A program made the position numbers and the translations under genes. Positions 26,825 to 41,326 of a stretch of DNA of 64,000 bases are shown one piece after another (position 1 is the first letter of the stretch; each line of letters begins with the position of its first letter). The notes beneath the pieces are model-generated. The model saw only the letters and a list, made by a program, of their open reading frames with translations. It did not search any database and had not been told where the DNA came from. The stretch comes from Lingula anatina (lineage: Eukaryota; Animalia; Brachiopoda): contig CM120643.1 of NCBI GenBank assembly GCA_051362555.1, forward strand, positions 28,958,848 through 29,022,847. The letters run 5' to 3'.

Positions 26825-26993
26825 CTTCTCTATTCACAGGTCTTAGGATACAAAATGCACTGATCCAATCTGAGGAAATCTTAGAGGACAGTGTATAGAG
26901 CAGTGTCAGGTTCGCGGGGTCTATGATCTGGATCTCTGGGTAGTAGCCATTACAGACTAGACGAAAGTCTTTACAGTCTAACATGTGGTATGA
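26825..26993 (-). CDS. WDR7: WDR7 coding exon 4
   Basis: RLVCNGYYPEIQIIDP...LYTLSSKISSDWISA; phase 0-1. Confidence 0.92.
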
Positions 26994-27479
26994 CTGGAAT
27001 GTAGACAAAATATGATAGATTATGTCTCCTAAGTGACTCTGGAACCTACATGCACACATACACAAACATGTACACACACACTCACACATGCATATACATG
27101 TACATGGTTTCCATGGTCAATACTCTTAGCTGACTCTTGTGTAGATTTTTTTTATACTAAAAGGAATATTCTTGTGAGAGTTTGTTCATGAATTTAGTTA
27201 GAACAGAATGCATAACAAAATTTTGTTAGCATTTATCCAGCATTTACAAACCTACACCTTGTTATTCATAAATCTTCCTGAATAGATGAATAAAATCTGT
27301 TGTCAAATCAGGTGTCACATCATCTTGTGTTGGCTGTCATCATATTTATTACTGAATTCACAAGAAACTTCTTGTGTTTTTCTTTCCTCCTTTTCTTAGG
27401 CTTTCTATTCCTCTTCAAAAACAGTCACCTTTAATTATCCAAATACTATAACTTCATAAGCCAGACAAGCCCAGTTTTA

Positions 27480-27741
27480 GACTGGGTTCTCATACCTAGA
27501 TTGATCTAACAGGATCAATTCATCTCCGAGGGGTTTCTCACTGAATTGCTTTCAGCGAAAGCGGCTTAGATGTCTGGCACACCTACTGAAGTGGCGAAAC
27601 GATAATTAATTACCCCCTGTACTAGCAGATTCAGTAGGCATAACCGACATCAAAACCACTTAACTGGATTGCAATTTAGTGAGAAACCCCTCGGAGATAG
27701 ATCGATCCACAGTTAGTATGCTAGGATCTGGGAACAGTCCC
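27480..27741. mobile_element. TTA-target MITE, family B (long internal hairpin), inserted in the WDR7 exon-3 splice donor
   Basis: TTA at 27477-27479 and 27742-27744. Internal inverted repeat CTCCGAGGGGTTTCTCACT / AGTGAGAAACCCCTCGGAG. Confidence 0.8.
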
Positions 27742-27745
27742 TTAC

Positions 27746-27824
27746 CTGCATACTGGTGTGAACACTGGCACTTTTGTGATGTTCTATACACCTCCCATCA
27801 CTAACATCCCACAGACAGATCTCC
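27746..27824 (-). CDS. WDR7: WDR7 coding exon 3
   Basis: GEICLWDVSDGRCIE; phase 2-0. Confidence 0.93.
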
Positions 27825-28083
27825 CTGGAAACACCATGGCAACAGTTACTGCATGTTATATTAACATGAGACGTAACAGTGTGTAAGGTTCGACTTTTTT
27901 TAGTAACAATGTATTAGATGTGCCAACATGTTAGGTTTGCCAGTGTGTTAGGTGTGACAGAATTAATTGTACCAGTCTGCTAGGTATGACAGTGTATTAC
28001 TGTGATAATGTATTTTTGTAACAATGCATAAATGTGACAGTGTGTTAGGTGTGACAGTGTGTTAGGTGTAACAGATGTCTTAC

Positions 28084-28190
28084 CCATTATCTGCAGCACT
28101 TGCTATATAAGGTTTATGTGGATTCTTGCTAGCCATGGCTAAACAGTTGATAGCAGCATTATGACCATATAGCATACTTCTAGGATATAT
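28084..28190 (-). CDS. WDR7: WDR7 coding exon 2
   Basis: IYPRSMLYGHNAAINCLA...YIASAADNG; phase 0-2. Confidence 0.92.
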
Positions 28191-28456
28191 CTGTAAGGAA
28201 TATAACAATAATTATAGTTAGAATATAGCTCCTGACCACTAACAGTCTGTTCTACATCTGTTAAATGTCTTTGAAAACAGTTTTAATGTTAAATTTCAAC
28301 TTTCAAGCTGACAGTTGTATATCTCACCTGACACTGTCAGTGCCATTGATTAAAATTACCTTGAAGCTTCTGGTCCAAATCTTTAAATTATCTCAACTTA
28401 TTCAATTCTCATTGATTTCTATAATAAGATATAAATAACCAGAACATCTCTGATTA

Positions 28457-28705
<249 letters not shown>

Positions 28706-28832
28706 TTACTATTCAAAATACTGTAGTACACTTGTGCATTCAGCAGTGTCAAGTTCTGTTCGAATACAAACGTAATCCTATGGTCAATGACTTTGTTGTC
28801 TCACTTTCCTCATCACACTTTTTCCTGGAGTG

Positions 28833-28877
<45 letters not shown>

Positions 28878-30073
28878 AGGGGGCATCCCAGCTCTTGACC
28901 CCCTTTCCCCCTGCCCCTCTCCGCAATGTACAGGGTAAATACATGTAGTTGAAATACATGTAGTTGCTAATTCACTTTCATTTAACTTGTAAATCTGAAA
29001 CTTTAAACTAGCTTCTCAGCTTGAAAAGAGTAACTGAGGCAAGAGAACAGATATACAATGAATAAATTTTGGTGTTTACAAAAAATTATTTGGGTGATGC
29101 ACACGCTATATATACATTAAAATAATAATTATAAATGGGCGTCTGTTAGGTAGATCACAATCCGCTAGGGGCGCTACAGTCGTAACTGTCCACGGGCAGT
29201 GAAGTGTTAAACTGAAGTCGGCCTGCTGACAGTTCGCCTATGGAACCCCTTTTTTAAATCTCTCTTTTAGCGCTGCGTAAAAAAACTAATACAAGCCATT
29301 AACTAAATAAGTTGTAAATCAAAGAGTAAAATCCGGTCACGTGATTTTCCCATGTTGCAGTCTTTGACAAGTTTCGGTTCTGCTTCTTTTAAGTTTTGCC
29401 TCTACAAAATGCTAAAAAATTTCAGGTAAGTGCTGGTATCATCTTTTTGAAATTTATATCCAGCAAAGTTTATGAAATTTGCTATATTATGTAGAAAAAT
29501 CATGAAATTTGAAGGTTGCGAAGTATAGTTAATTTAATCCGCAATATTACATGATGTGAAAATTACCACAGGGAAATAGCTCTGCCCTGATTAGTCACAG
29601 GCTATGTGAGCCAGACAATAGGCTGAGCACACAAAGACACACAGGGTGCTCTGCTGCGCCTGAGTGATCACTGCTGGTCAGTGGGCACAGGTTTTGAGCT
29701 GAAAAGTGTGGACACTTTTGGTGGATTTTTGCAGTTAAAAAACTTCAATATCTTTGTTGCTTGTAGGAATATTTAAAAAATTCCAAATGATTTCATCCGG
29801 TTTTTGCATTACCTTTCAGATGATATAAGTATTTTAATTTTCTGATCAGTTTGAAAATTTTTCTGATATACCTACGTCTGTGATGTTGATTACATTATTC
29901 AAAAATAAGTCAATAAATACCTGTAACAAAGTAACTGTATAGCAAAAATTCAATCAATTAACGTAGTAAAATCACCTAAGTAAAGGTGTGATGCGCTTAC
30001 GGCTATTTTACATTTGGATCACGAGTCGAGATGAACCAGACTCTCGACAAGGTCGGAGGACTGGCTCACTTAC

Positions 30074-31692
30074 TTAACGCTAACTTCGCAATACTGAAAC
30101 TGTACCTGGTTATTGACAAGCAGGCGTATCGCAAGATGACTTGCGTTTCCTTTACTGCAACAGAATATTTCTTCTCACATGACAATACTGAAGCTTGAAA
30201 ACCACACCGGATTTTTGACAGGAAAGATCAAAACATCGATCTGGTTACACTGAGCAATCTGTCCGCTTTGCAAATAGTTTTGTACATACGTTACGGTTAG
30301 TAAAAGGCACTTTAGTTTAAATACTTCCAAAATCTACTTTTTGTGTCATTTGAATGATTTGTATAAATCTTTCTTTACTTAAATGTTAATATTAAAGATG
30401 AATAATTAGCAATACATTTGCTAAAATTATAGCAGTAAATCTCTCTTGGCTCTGTAAGAGCAATGCATTAGTTGAGACGGGCATTGCGAAAGTTCATTCA
30501 GTTCATGCGGGCTGTTCCAAGTTTTTATTTCACGGAAAAGAGATGAATTTGATTATATATTACTTTGAAATGAGTGAAGGTCATCTATTTTTATCATCAT
30601 TTTCACAACAAAGACTTGGCTTTTGCTAGATCCCCTACTTCAAATTTCCCATTCAGAGCGTACAAGTTGAAAGGCTATAGGGGGGGCCTATATAACCTCC
30701 CCCCCCCCCCAAAAAAAAAAAATATATAATAATAATAATAATAATAAATAAATAAAAACGTATCGTTTGTAGACTTGTCAAATACGATATCGTTTGAAGA
30801 CTTTCATGCATGTACGATAACTTAAGATGGATGGCCCTTTATAATCATCAAAGATCTGCATGTGACGAAGTTAACTCAATTAATTTTGGTCCTGAATTTT
30901 AGCTGTTTCGCGTAAATTGGATTTCACGAGGATTATAGCCTAAGTAAATTATATTTCCTGTACCATCTGTTCCTGAGATATCGGTACTATTTCGCAGTAT
31001 GGACAGAATTTAAGACTCTATTCCCATAGATTTTAGATCGACCTATCCCCGCGGGGAGTCTCACTAGATTACTTTCAGATAATCCGACTTAGATGTCCGT
31101 CCCGCCTACTACAAGCTGTAGGGGGTAATTAACTTTCGTGTCCGCTGACAGCTATTTAGCGTGAACCCCAGGGAGTTAGGTCGATCTAAAGTAGGTCGAT
31201 CTAGGCCTAATCTATGGAAATGGGGTGTAAGCCACTGGTTTACTATAGAATACATGTATATACTGCTCAACGGGGATGTCTCCGAAGCTAGGTTTATTGG
31301 TCCAAAAAACGTATGAACGCGCCTCAGCTGAACTTTTAATGTCTATTGCCAGTACACGTTATTCATGCACTAATTCGGACTATCGAAACTTCGGGCCATA
31401 TTGATACTACAAGTACAGTATGTATCAAACATTCTCAATGGCATGCCCCCCCCCCCCCTCCTCCTCGATTTCAGAGCAATTAAGTTGCTGCATGCAACGT
31501 ATTAATTTTCTTCAATCTTTTCCTTCTAGAGTTATATTGTTTATACTGGACTTTATGCATTATCAGTCACCAGCAGTCACGCGCAGCCAAATCACTTCCG
31601 TAAGCTATTGAGCATGCGTGATAGTGTTAAGTGACGTCATCCACAGGAGAAACTTTGCGTTGAAGATCTGTAGCATTCCCAAAACATTCACA
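30074..31692. promoter_or_regulatory. Divergent WDR7/Rab2 promoter region; putative WDR7 5'UTR exon with GTAAGT donor at 30073 (minus)
   Basis: CpG-containing interval between the two genes. ETS-like CACTTCCG at 31593-31600, CRE TGACGTCA at 31632-31639. TSS not determinable. Confidence 0.5.
31014..31227 (+). mobile_element. TAA-target MITE, family A copy 3, in the divergent promoter
   Basis: TAA TSD; retains CpGs lost in the intronic copies. Confidence 0.85.
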
Positions 31693-31738
31693 ATGTCATA
31701 CGCATATCTATTTAAATATATTATTATCGGAGATACAG
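31693..31738 (+). CDS. RAB2: Rab2 exon 1
   Basis: MSYAYLFKYIIIGDT; 46 nt; GTAAG donor. Confidence 0.96.
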
Positions 31739-34724
31739 GTAAGCCTTGTGTGTGTTTTGAGATATATTCTAGGAAATTAGATTATATGTTATTAATTTTG
31801 ACGCAGAATTAAGAAAACGGGGATTTGACACATTGCCACTGTGGATATAAGCAGTGAAAATGGCGTCGAAAATTGATTTCTTGTGTTTTTCCAAGTTCAC
31901 AGGTGTGTAACTTAAGACAAAGAGCTTTGTTCGTGCTATGCTTGAAAATTATACTGTAAAGACAAAAAATACTTAATTTCAATGGAATACACTACAAAAA
32001 GAACCACATTAAGGAGTGTGTGTGTACTTTATTTTGGGTCTCTCGCGTCTATTTTTAGATCTTTACTTTATCACATTTTCATGCACATTGTGCAAAAAAC
32101 TTCAACATTACATTTGAACGTTTTGTAGATTGATAAAACAGAATGCTTCAGTTCAATAAGTCACTGTCAATAACAAAAGTCGTCTTGCTTATGCCCAATG
32201 CTCAAATTAACTAATGTCTTTTAACTATACCTGTTTAGAATGACAGCTAGATGATGATCATTTAATGACCTAGATGCCTACTCACTGGTCAACCCAATAT
32301 TGTCATTAAAGGGATGACTACCATCTCCTTGTTGTTATAATATTGTACAAGCTTCTATCCTTGTTTCCACTGGCTTAACCCTGTACGACATACACATTTC
32401 TGTGATAATCCAACTTGGTCTGAAAAAAAGTTTGATTATTATGTTTAGCGTTGTCATTTCATTTTCACATGGCCGAGTTGTCCAAGAACTTAAATCAGAA
32501 TATATACAACAATATTAGTGCCCAAATTATGGCAGAATATAGAAAACAATACCCTTTTCCCCAATTTTACCAGGTATTGGGGGGGGGATGGGAGCATGCC
32601 GTCATTCTTCCTCACCCCCCTTCCCACTTCGATCACAGAAATTTAGGTCTAAGAGAAAGATGTCTGTAGATTTCCAGAATATCATAGACCAGTGCCTATG
32701 GAGTCATAAATTTCTATCCCATGCTGAACCAACCATGTTGTAAGGTTACCAAAACATAGAACTTGTATATATATACTAACCAGATGGCCTTGTGTTATGT
32801 GATAGGTATCCACCTCCTGTTAATCTATATGGATATCTACATTACATGGCTAATTCAGTTCCAGTTGTAACAGAACAATATGATTATACGGCTGTAGAAT
32901 AGAGTTGATTTATTACAGTCCATTGGTTTGCAGTTAGTAGAGCCTGTAGATATGTTAGACCTGTGTATTCTATTGATCAAACCTCTTGTAGCATGTATTG
33001 TATATTTTCTCTTCATATGAAATTCACATATTACACCATGTGTAGGCGGCCTGTTAAACATCATGCTACAATGATTTATATTATTTATCTAGGTCAGAGA
33101 GTAAAATAGTCGTTGAATTTATTTATAAGTACTTGGTGTAATAATGATAGCGAAGTATCTATCATATGTGGGTGGTTTGCATATATTATATGCTTATTGA
33201 GGTCAAAGACTTAGAGGAAAAAAACGTTCTGTTTAAAAATGGTCTGTTTAATGAAAATATAACATCTGAGTTATGATAAACACATGTATTCAGGTGTATT
33301 TGGGCTGAGACATTTAATCTATATACAATAAGATGATACTAGACTACAATAAGGTCACAATAGACTACAATATAATTTCAAAGATATGATAAGTACCTGT
33401 TATGTTTAAATGTGGTAATAGCTCCTATGCCGAGTGCTATTATGACTACACAATAGCCATTTAAATCTGTGTTTACTCCATTGGTAGTGATTATCTCAGA
33501 CTCTGTTTATATTAGGGATATGGTTATCTTATATGATGTTTCTCAGATATTTTTATATAACAAGTTATATGTTTAACTGGAGAGTTGAAAGGTTTGCCAG
33601 TTAGGTGTATGTGACGCCCAGGAGTGTTAGCAGACATTGACGACACACGTGTACCTTGCTGTCCAGTGATGGTTCTGACTTTTTTTTTTTTTTTTAATTG
33701 AACTTAGGAAATGTTAATTACAGTATACAATACTTCTTTTTTTACCCCACGCTTATTTCTCTCTCACACAGGCATACATACTCACGTGTTGGTTCTGACT
33801 TAATACTATGGGGGAGGGGGGCATATTCCTGAGTTATCACACTGGAGTTAAAGTAGGGTGTAAGGCATGATGAGGTCCAGTTTCTTACTTAATTGTTTGA
33901 TTGTGATGCAATGAAATATTTTTGTATAAGATTGGAAAGATTGGGGAGGGGGAGGGGGGATGCTACAGGGGAATGAGCCTGATAGAAGTGTTGATAGAAG
34001 TGAAGATCTATATGTCAAAACAGTGCCCCATTTATCATCATTGTGTACAAGCACAATTTAATGTCATAAACGACTGACATGTTATCTCCTGGTATGTCCA
34101 TCAGTCTGAGTTCTCTCTTGTGTTAAGTCAGTTATAGCCACATACTGAAAGTATTAGAATTGGATTGGAGGAAAAAAATAATTTATCATATGGTGTTATA
34201 CCATGGAATTTATCATAGTTTTGTACCATGAGGAATCTTGCAAAATGCACAACACACATGAATGCATGCTACAACAGGCTGGGGTCTTGCTCTGGACACA
34301 GATGCACCACGGGTCAGTGAGACAATTGTAACATCCACTCATCTTTTCACCGGTATATAACATATATAATATACACTTCACTGACACCTGGTGAATCTAA
34401 TATGTTGTGTATAATTTTCATCTCACAAAATGATGAAGCTGTTCTTAGAGAAACCTAATCCTATTATGACCCCAGTGAATAAATATCTCTACTACTTGAT
34501 GTACATACAAGATCTAATATTTTCTTCCTCCCCCCTCCCCCAAAATCTGCAGCATGTATAAAGCTAAACTTTGCCTTTGTTAATACTAGTGCCATCTTTG
34601 TGTCATGCTTGTGTTTGACAGATACAGGCATTAAAAAAACTTAATTGAGGAGTTTGTGGGGGGAAAAATGCAAGATCCTTCATCAGTTTTCCATACAGAT
34701 GAAGTTATTTCTGCACATATCTGA

Positions 34725-34850
<126 letters not shown>

Positions 34851-34996
34851 TGATGATAAAAAAGTGAATCTTCCCTAATGAGACTACACATTTCTTCTCC
34901 TGGTGAGATTTGACATTTATGACTTTCATCAAAGGGCCTTGATCACAGGACTGGTAAAATTTATTTATTTATTTAATTTTATTTTTATTTTATTTT

Positions 34997-35031
<35 letters not shown>

Positions 35032-35240
35032 TATATTACTGGTATTATTTATTTATTTTTTTTTTTTGTGTGTGTGTGTGTGTGAAATGGGGCTTGGACT
35101 TAGTGTGTTTACTGTAAAGTTGACAGATGTAGATAAGCATTATAAAAGGTTATATGAATTCTTGTTTTGCTTATGACATTTGAGTTTTTGTTATTGTTGC
35201 AAGTAAAATATAAAAATTATCAAAGGTTCTTGTAAGTTAA

Positions 35241-35381
<141 letters not shown>

Positions 35382-36950
35382 TAATGAGACATAATTATTA
35401 AGAGGCTGTCATTTATTGTTGCAATGCCGTAGGTGAATATCCGTTTCCTGGGCAAGATTTGTCCGCTGCTGAATTTTTTTTACAGAGCTCATAAAGTTTT
35501 TTTTTCACATGTAGAAATGATATTGTATTGTATAGTTTTCAATTTAACTGTATTGTGTTGTGTTGTTGCATTGAATTTATTTATTTAATTTTTGCATTCT
35601 CTTTATGTCTCACAAACATATCTTCTCCAACCTGTAATAGGTAGAGCCATTGATTAAAGTTCAACTATTTCATCCACTCCATCTGGTTTGACATGGAAAG
35701 CCATGTTATTATAGGTCTGTTGTAGCGTTCTATCACAACTCACATACACAGAGAATCAATACTCCCTTAGCTCACACTGATTACCCACAGTTTTGAACAT
35801 ATACTGAATTATATCACTATGGAGATTACTCTAGAAGTATATTAACTGGGTTATGGGCAAACTACTCACTAGTGCATTATTCAGACGTAATATAGTGTTT
35901 ACATTATGGTTTAGTACCACATAGTAGGGCAGGGTGTTCCCTTTGGGATAATTCAAAAAAGAATAATTCTTGTCAAAAGGGAGTTTGGTAATAATTGTAT
36001 GAAGGTTTTTTGCTGGGGTCCTTCAGTCAAAAGAAAAAGGGGGAGGGGTCAGTAAGTATTGTAATGGTAGATGTTTGCCTCTGGATTCATTGCATAATTG
36101 TGAGTCCTTGTTTTCCACTGTTTCAGTCATGAACAAATTTCAGTGCCCTTAGACCAGACTGCATTATATTCTGCGACCAAGTCTTTCCCAAACACCATAT
36201 TTATTATTTTATTTTCATCTAAAATAAATAAGCAGTTAATTTTCACCGAGAATGTATTTACGTGAATATGTTAAATTATATTTCCTGCAAGCAGTTTTTA
36301 TCACCCTCTTGGCATTCCTAGGCAATGTATTGATCCAGACACACATCATGTAATCAAATCACAAGTTTTTTTTTTTTACAAGTGCTGCTTTAAGATTTTA
36401 CCCTGTTTCTGGTCCAACAAGATATTTTTCTAGCATGGTCTAAAAGGGCCTTTTCTCCAGAGCACTTGAAATATTTTAGTAATATTCATTGTGCTTCCTG
36501 ACAGTTCTCTTGGCTTTCTGAGCCGGTGGTTGGCCTTCAGCCTGCTGGGTGATCAATCTCTTCCTTTCACTTTCAACAAAACATCTCTTCATCTAACTTG
36601 AAATAGCACTCAGAATGCTGCCTTTGCAGTAATAAAATATTCTTGTGCTAATTGGATTAAAAGAAAGGGCAGAGTTAGATGTTTATCAGATTGAGAAGTG
36701 AGATGTGTTTTTTAGGTCGCAGTGACATTTATTGGCTAGTCGTGGCTGAGATTTTTCTTCTTTACCCTTCATATATGACACAGTATCGGGGAGTTTCTAT
36801 TTTTTTTATGATGTGATAAAAAAAACGAAAGGAAATTCTCTTTACTTAGTAATCAAAATTAACACCAACTATTTGTTGGTAACATAATTATAAAATTAAC
36901 ACACATTTCCTTCATGCACCAGTTATAAGGTGTATAATATGTGTATATAA

Positions 36951-37155
<205 letters not shown>

Positions 37156-37404
37156 CTATGGTATTGTAAGTGAATGGTATTACAGGGCATTTTTGACCTC
37201 ATGCATGTATTACATCACAAGGTGTGTTTTAGGATTATAACTTGTGAAGTCAGTAGTAGTTAATCTCTCCTTATATATGCTTCAGGCATACAAAGATGCT
37301 TAGAACATATCATACAAACATTATATAAGATATGAATGTAATGCTGTTATTATTCTCTCTTCAATTTTTACCACATGTTCAGTGTACCCTGTCGTTACTT
37401 GCAG

Positions 37405-37447
37405 GCGAGACACATTCAACCACCTGACAATTTGACTGGAAGATGCC
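37405..37447 (+). pseudogene. Partial duplicate of the Rab2 exon-5 acceptor and first 43 nt, with an in-frame TGA
   Basis: TACTTGCAG|GCGAGACACATTCAACCACCTGACAATTTGACTGGAAGATGCC vs the true exon 105 nt downstream (TGG changed to TGA). Confidence 0.85.
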
Positions 37448-37468
37448 ATGTGTATATCACATATTTAA

Positions 37469-37603
<135 letters not shown>

Positions 37604-37727
37604 TAAAGGCATGGGCACCAGTAGGACATTTCATGTTAACTTTATGAACTTTCATTTATTTATTTATTTATATTATTAGGGGGGTGGAGTCTACACACAC
37701 GTTGCAGTCAAGGGTGTACAAGTTTTA

Positions 37728-37942
37728 GACCCCATTTCCAGAGATTAGATCCATCTACTTTAGATCCACCTAACTCCCTGGGGGTTCACGCTAAATAGCT
37801 GTCAGCCAAGCGGACTCGAAAGTTAATTACCCCCTTACAGCTTGTAGTAGGCGGGACGGTCATTTAAGCCAGATTATCTGACAGTAATTTGGTGAGAATC
37901 CCCTCGGGGATAGATTGATCTAAAAGCTCTGGGAATACAGCC
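37728..37942 (-). mobile_element. TTA-target MITE, family A copy 4 (inverted), in Rab2 intron 5
   Basis: TTA TSD; reverse complement of 23289-23502. Confidence 0.85.
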
Positions 37943-38109
37943 TTAAAGGAAGCTTTGTAAGAAAACTGAAATGCCAAAATAAAAGGAAAAATAATTGACA
38001 GTTTACTATTGCACAGAGGACTATCCAACACCAGCTGTCTCTCCGTACAATTTGGTCATCAGTCTGTGGCTATTTTTTTGCAGGAAATTACACAAGTGAT
38101 GATGTGTAA

Positions 38110-38253
<144 letters not shown>

Positions 38254-38483
38254 TGAACTATATAGGGGGGTTGTGAAAGTTGTTCTGATTAGTTAGACTA
38301 TGGCAAATATTATATTTATATGATACAAATTCATAAAATAAATTTGTTATTTGGTAATGTTATAAGATCATACCATAGAAGGGGGCAGCCCTGGTTAAAA
38401 GTATTTCAATCCACTAGTTAATGAAAGAGAGAGAAAGAGAGATGCATAACATTTTTTTAATACATGTTAAATAGATAAGGTGA

Positions 38484-38657
<174 letters not shown>

Positions 38658-38752
38658 TAGGTGGCGTTAGTAGACCTGCACTGTAGACGTACTTCTCTGT
38701 GATTTGTGTTTCTTACTTTTCTTTCTTTTGTTGTCACCTTGTGCTTTTCTAG

Positions 38753-38821
38753 GCCTTCATTAACACAGCAAAAGAGATCTATCAGAAGATCCAGGACGGT
38801 GTATTTGATATAAATAACGAG
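38753..38821 (+). CDS. RAB2: Rab2 exon 7b (duplicated, putative mutually exclusive)
   Basis: 69 nt, long pyrimidine tract plus TAG / GTGGGT, AFINTAKEIYQKIQDGVFDINNE. Confidence 0.9.
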
Positions 38822-40755
38822 GTGGGTAGCGCTTAAGTTGGTTCATAATCACAGGCGGAGGGCAATCGTTGGGCAAATTTTTTTTTCTTTTTTTGCATTT
38901 CTGAGAAAACTGATACAAAAAAAGGTACTGTTACTTTCATTCACCTCAATGAATAAAGTAAAAGAAAGAAAGAAAGAAATTCATCTTCTTAAATGTCTTG
39001 TCTTTGGACTCGAGGGAAAACTTTCAATTTGTCAGCTGTGTCGCATTACCAGGCACTGATTGGGCATCCATTTTGTAATCTGAATCTTTCTAGGTAGAAA
39101 TTTTTATGTATTGTTTCATTCTTACTTGATCCCAAAAACCAGTATCAAAAGTATTGTTTGATTTATTAAAGATTTTGTCTTTTGCATGTTGAATTGCCCC
39201 ACCTCCCTGCTTCAGTCTGCCTAAAATTTCCGCTCCATTTTGATATTCTGATAACTTTGAACCCTCATTGCATTGGTGTAAGCCTGCTTTACAAAGTACC
39301 TTCATCAATTATTCTTGAACTGCATAAAGCATCTGTTAAGGTGTTGTCTTTTTAGATTGGACAAGAAACAAAACTGATGAATATTTGTTTTTCCTCCAGA
39401 TGCTACATAATAATCTTCATGCTAGTGCTACTGTAGTAACCCCAGTTTAAGTGAGCTGTTTCTGTTCTGTTCAATAAGTAAGCTACCAACTGTGCTTATG
39501 TTCCTGCTGTGTTTTGTCTTACTGTGACTTATTGTAATGCCTGAAAACTGTGATTCATTACTGCTTGGTTCCTTACTAGCCTGAAGGGCAATTAACATGT
39601 AATATGCCAAGTAACCCTTGTTTTAAGCTGACCCATAGTGCTGGTTCAAGACAACCCAATGGAAGTCCCTCACCACCACCACAACCTCAATCTACACCCC
39701 CCCCACCACCACCACCTCAATCTACACCCCCCCCCCTCCCCCCCAATCACAACCCAAACCTTCACCCCTCCCCTCCCCCACGTAATTCCGGTTTTACTGT
39801 TTGCAATGAACTTGGAAATTACAGAGAAATTGCTCAATGGGATGGTAAGCCATTTTTCTGGAACTACTGCTTGATGCTGGTCTTGATTTTATAAATGTTT
39901 TTTGCATATTTTAGGATAAAGATTTAAAAGTTTCTTACCATTGTTTTCTCTTTACTGATACTTAAAACACACCCCAGTTTATACCTTTGTAAGTGATTGA
40001 TTCCAGTTTGTAACAATAACTCCCTTAGAGTCCAGGGATTCCCAAATGCTTGGCAGCACTGCTCACTAACATTTTAATATTTCTATTGTTTTTTCCCCTA
40101 GAATTCTATATTGTTTCCTGCAAGCTTGATTGTTTTGTTTTCCAATATATATATAGAAATAGTTGTTATGTTGTGTGTTATTCATACTTCAGTACAGTGA
40201 TTGCTCAATAAATTTAAACAACATGAATTGATGATTTTCCTGAAAATTGTTTTATTAATAACATAAAATGTTTGTAAAGTTTGGGAAAGTTGGTTAGGAT
40301 TGAGTCGAGAAGTAATTTGTTATAACCAGCTGATCTTGAAAACTTACAATACGATTATAAAAAGTGAGGCTTTTGAAATCTTTGAGTGATTACTGTATTA
40401 GAAGACATGTCTTGATTTCATGTAGACAGTTTTATAAATATGTAGATTGTGATATTATTATTATCATCTAAGTGAATTCTGTAATAGTTCGAGTCAATAC
40501 CAGTAATGGCCACCTTTTAATGAGCTGTTCAAACTTTGTTTTTACATGGAGCTTGAATCAATTGTTTTTTTTTTTTTTTTTTTTTTTCAGGAAGAAAAGT
40601 AGAGTATATTTAGAATCTCCATTAGGGATGGTCCCACAAATTGTTTTCACTATTTTTCAAAAGTTAAAAGTTAGTTTTATTGCAGGACTATATTTATAAC
40701 TGAGCATTGGTAATCTAGTGTGCAGGATAATAGTAATGGATGTGTTGCCTTTCAG

Positions 40756-40851
40756 GCCAACGGGATCAAACTTGGTCCGCAACATTCTCCCAGCAATCCT
40801 AGTATGGCAGCTGGAGGGGCCACCGGGAAACAAGATGGCGGATGTTGTTGA
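40756..40851 (+). CDS. RAB2: Rab2 terminal exon 8a
   Basis: TTTCAG acceptor; ANGIKLGPQHSPSNPSMAAGGATGKQDGGCC*; gives a 212-aa protein. Confidence 0.85.
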   Translation, partial: ANGIKLGPQHSPSNPSMAAGGATGKQDGGCC

Positions 40852-41227
40852 GGATTAGCAAACATGATCAGCTTATCTCTTCAAAAAAATGGAAAATATT
40901 GGAAACTTCATGCCTTGGTTGCAACCTGCACTTTCTAAATCTGTTTTTCAGCAGCCTTGGTACAATTTTACTTTGGGCAACTTTGCCTCATCACTGACAA
41001 GATTTATGTGGATGTCATCACTGTGATCTGCTCTTCCTTCTCCCCTGTGGCATTGCATCATCATTTTTCAGTGACATCTGCACACGAAATGAAGAAATGT
41101 TAAGGTCATTTTTAGAAAATGTCAAGGCCGTTTGCAGAAAATGTCAAGGTTGTTTGTAAGAAATGTCAAGGTCATTTGCAGGAATACAGCAGTTAATTTA
41201 CCCTACTTCCTATCATTTTTAATCCAG

Positions 41228-41326
41228 AGTAATGGTATCAAGCTAGGACCCCAGCATTCCCCATCAAGTCCGAGTGGAGCGCCATCTGGAGGCAGTGGTG
41301 GAAACCAAGGCGGTGGCTGCTGTTAA
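41228..41326 (+). CDS. RAB2: Rab2 terminal exon 8b
   Basis: CCAG acceptor; SNGIKLGPQHSPSSPSGAPSGGSGGNQGGGCC*; gives a 213-aa protein. Confidence 0.9.
   Translation, partial: SNGIKLGPQHSPSSPSGAPSGGSGGNQGGGCC

Noticed and set aside
29335-29344. CLEAR/E-box-like GGTCACGTGA near two lysosome-related genes
   Set aside because: Single motif within what looks like a repeat-derived block (~29135-29880); no supporting evidence.
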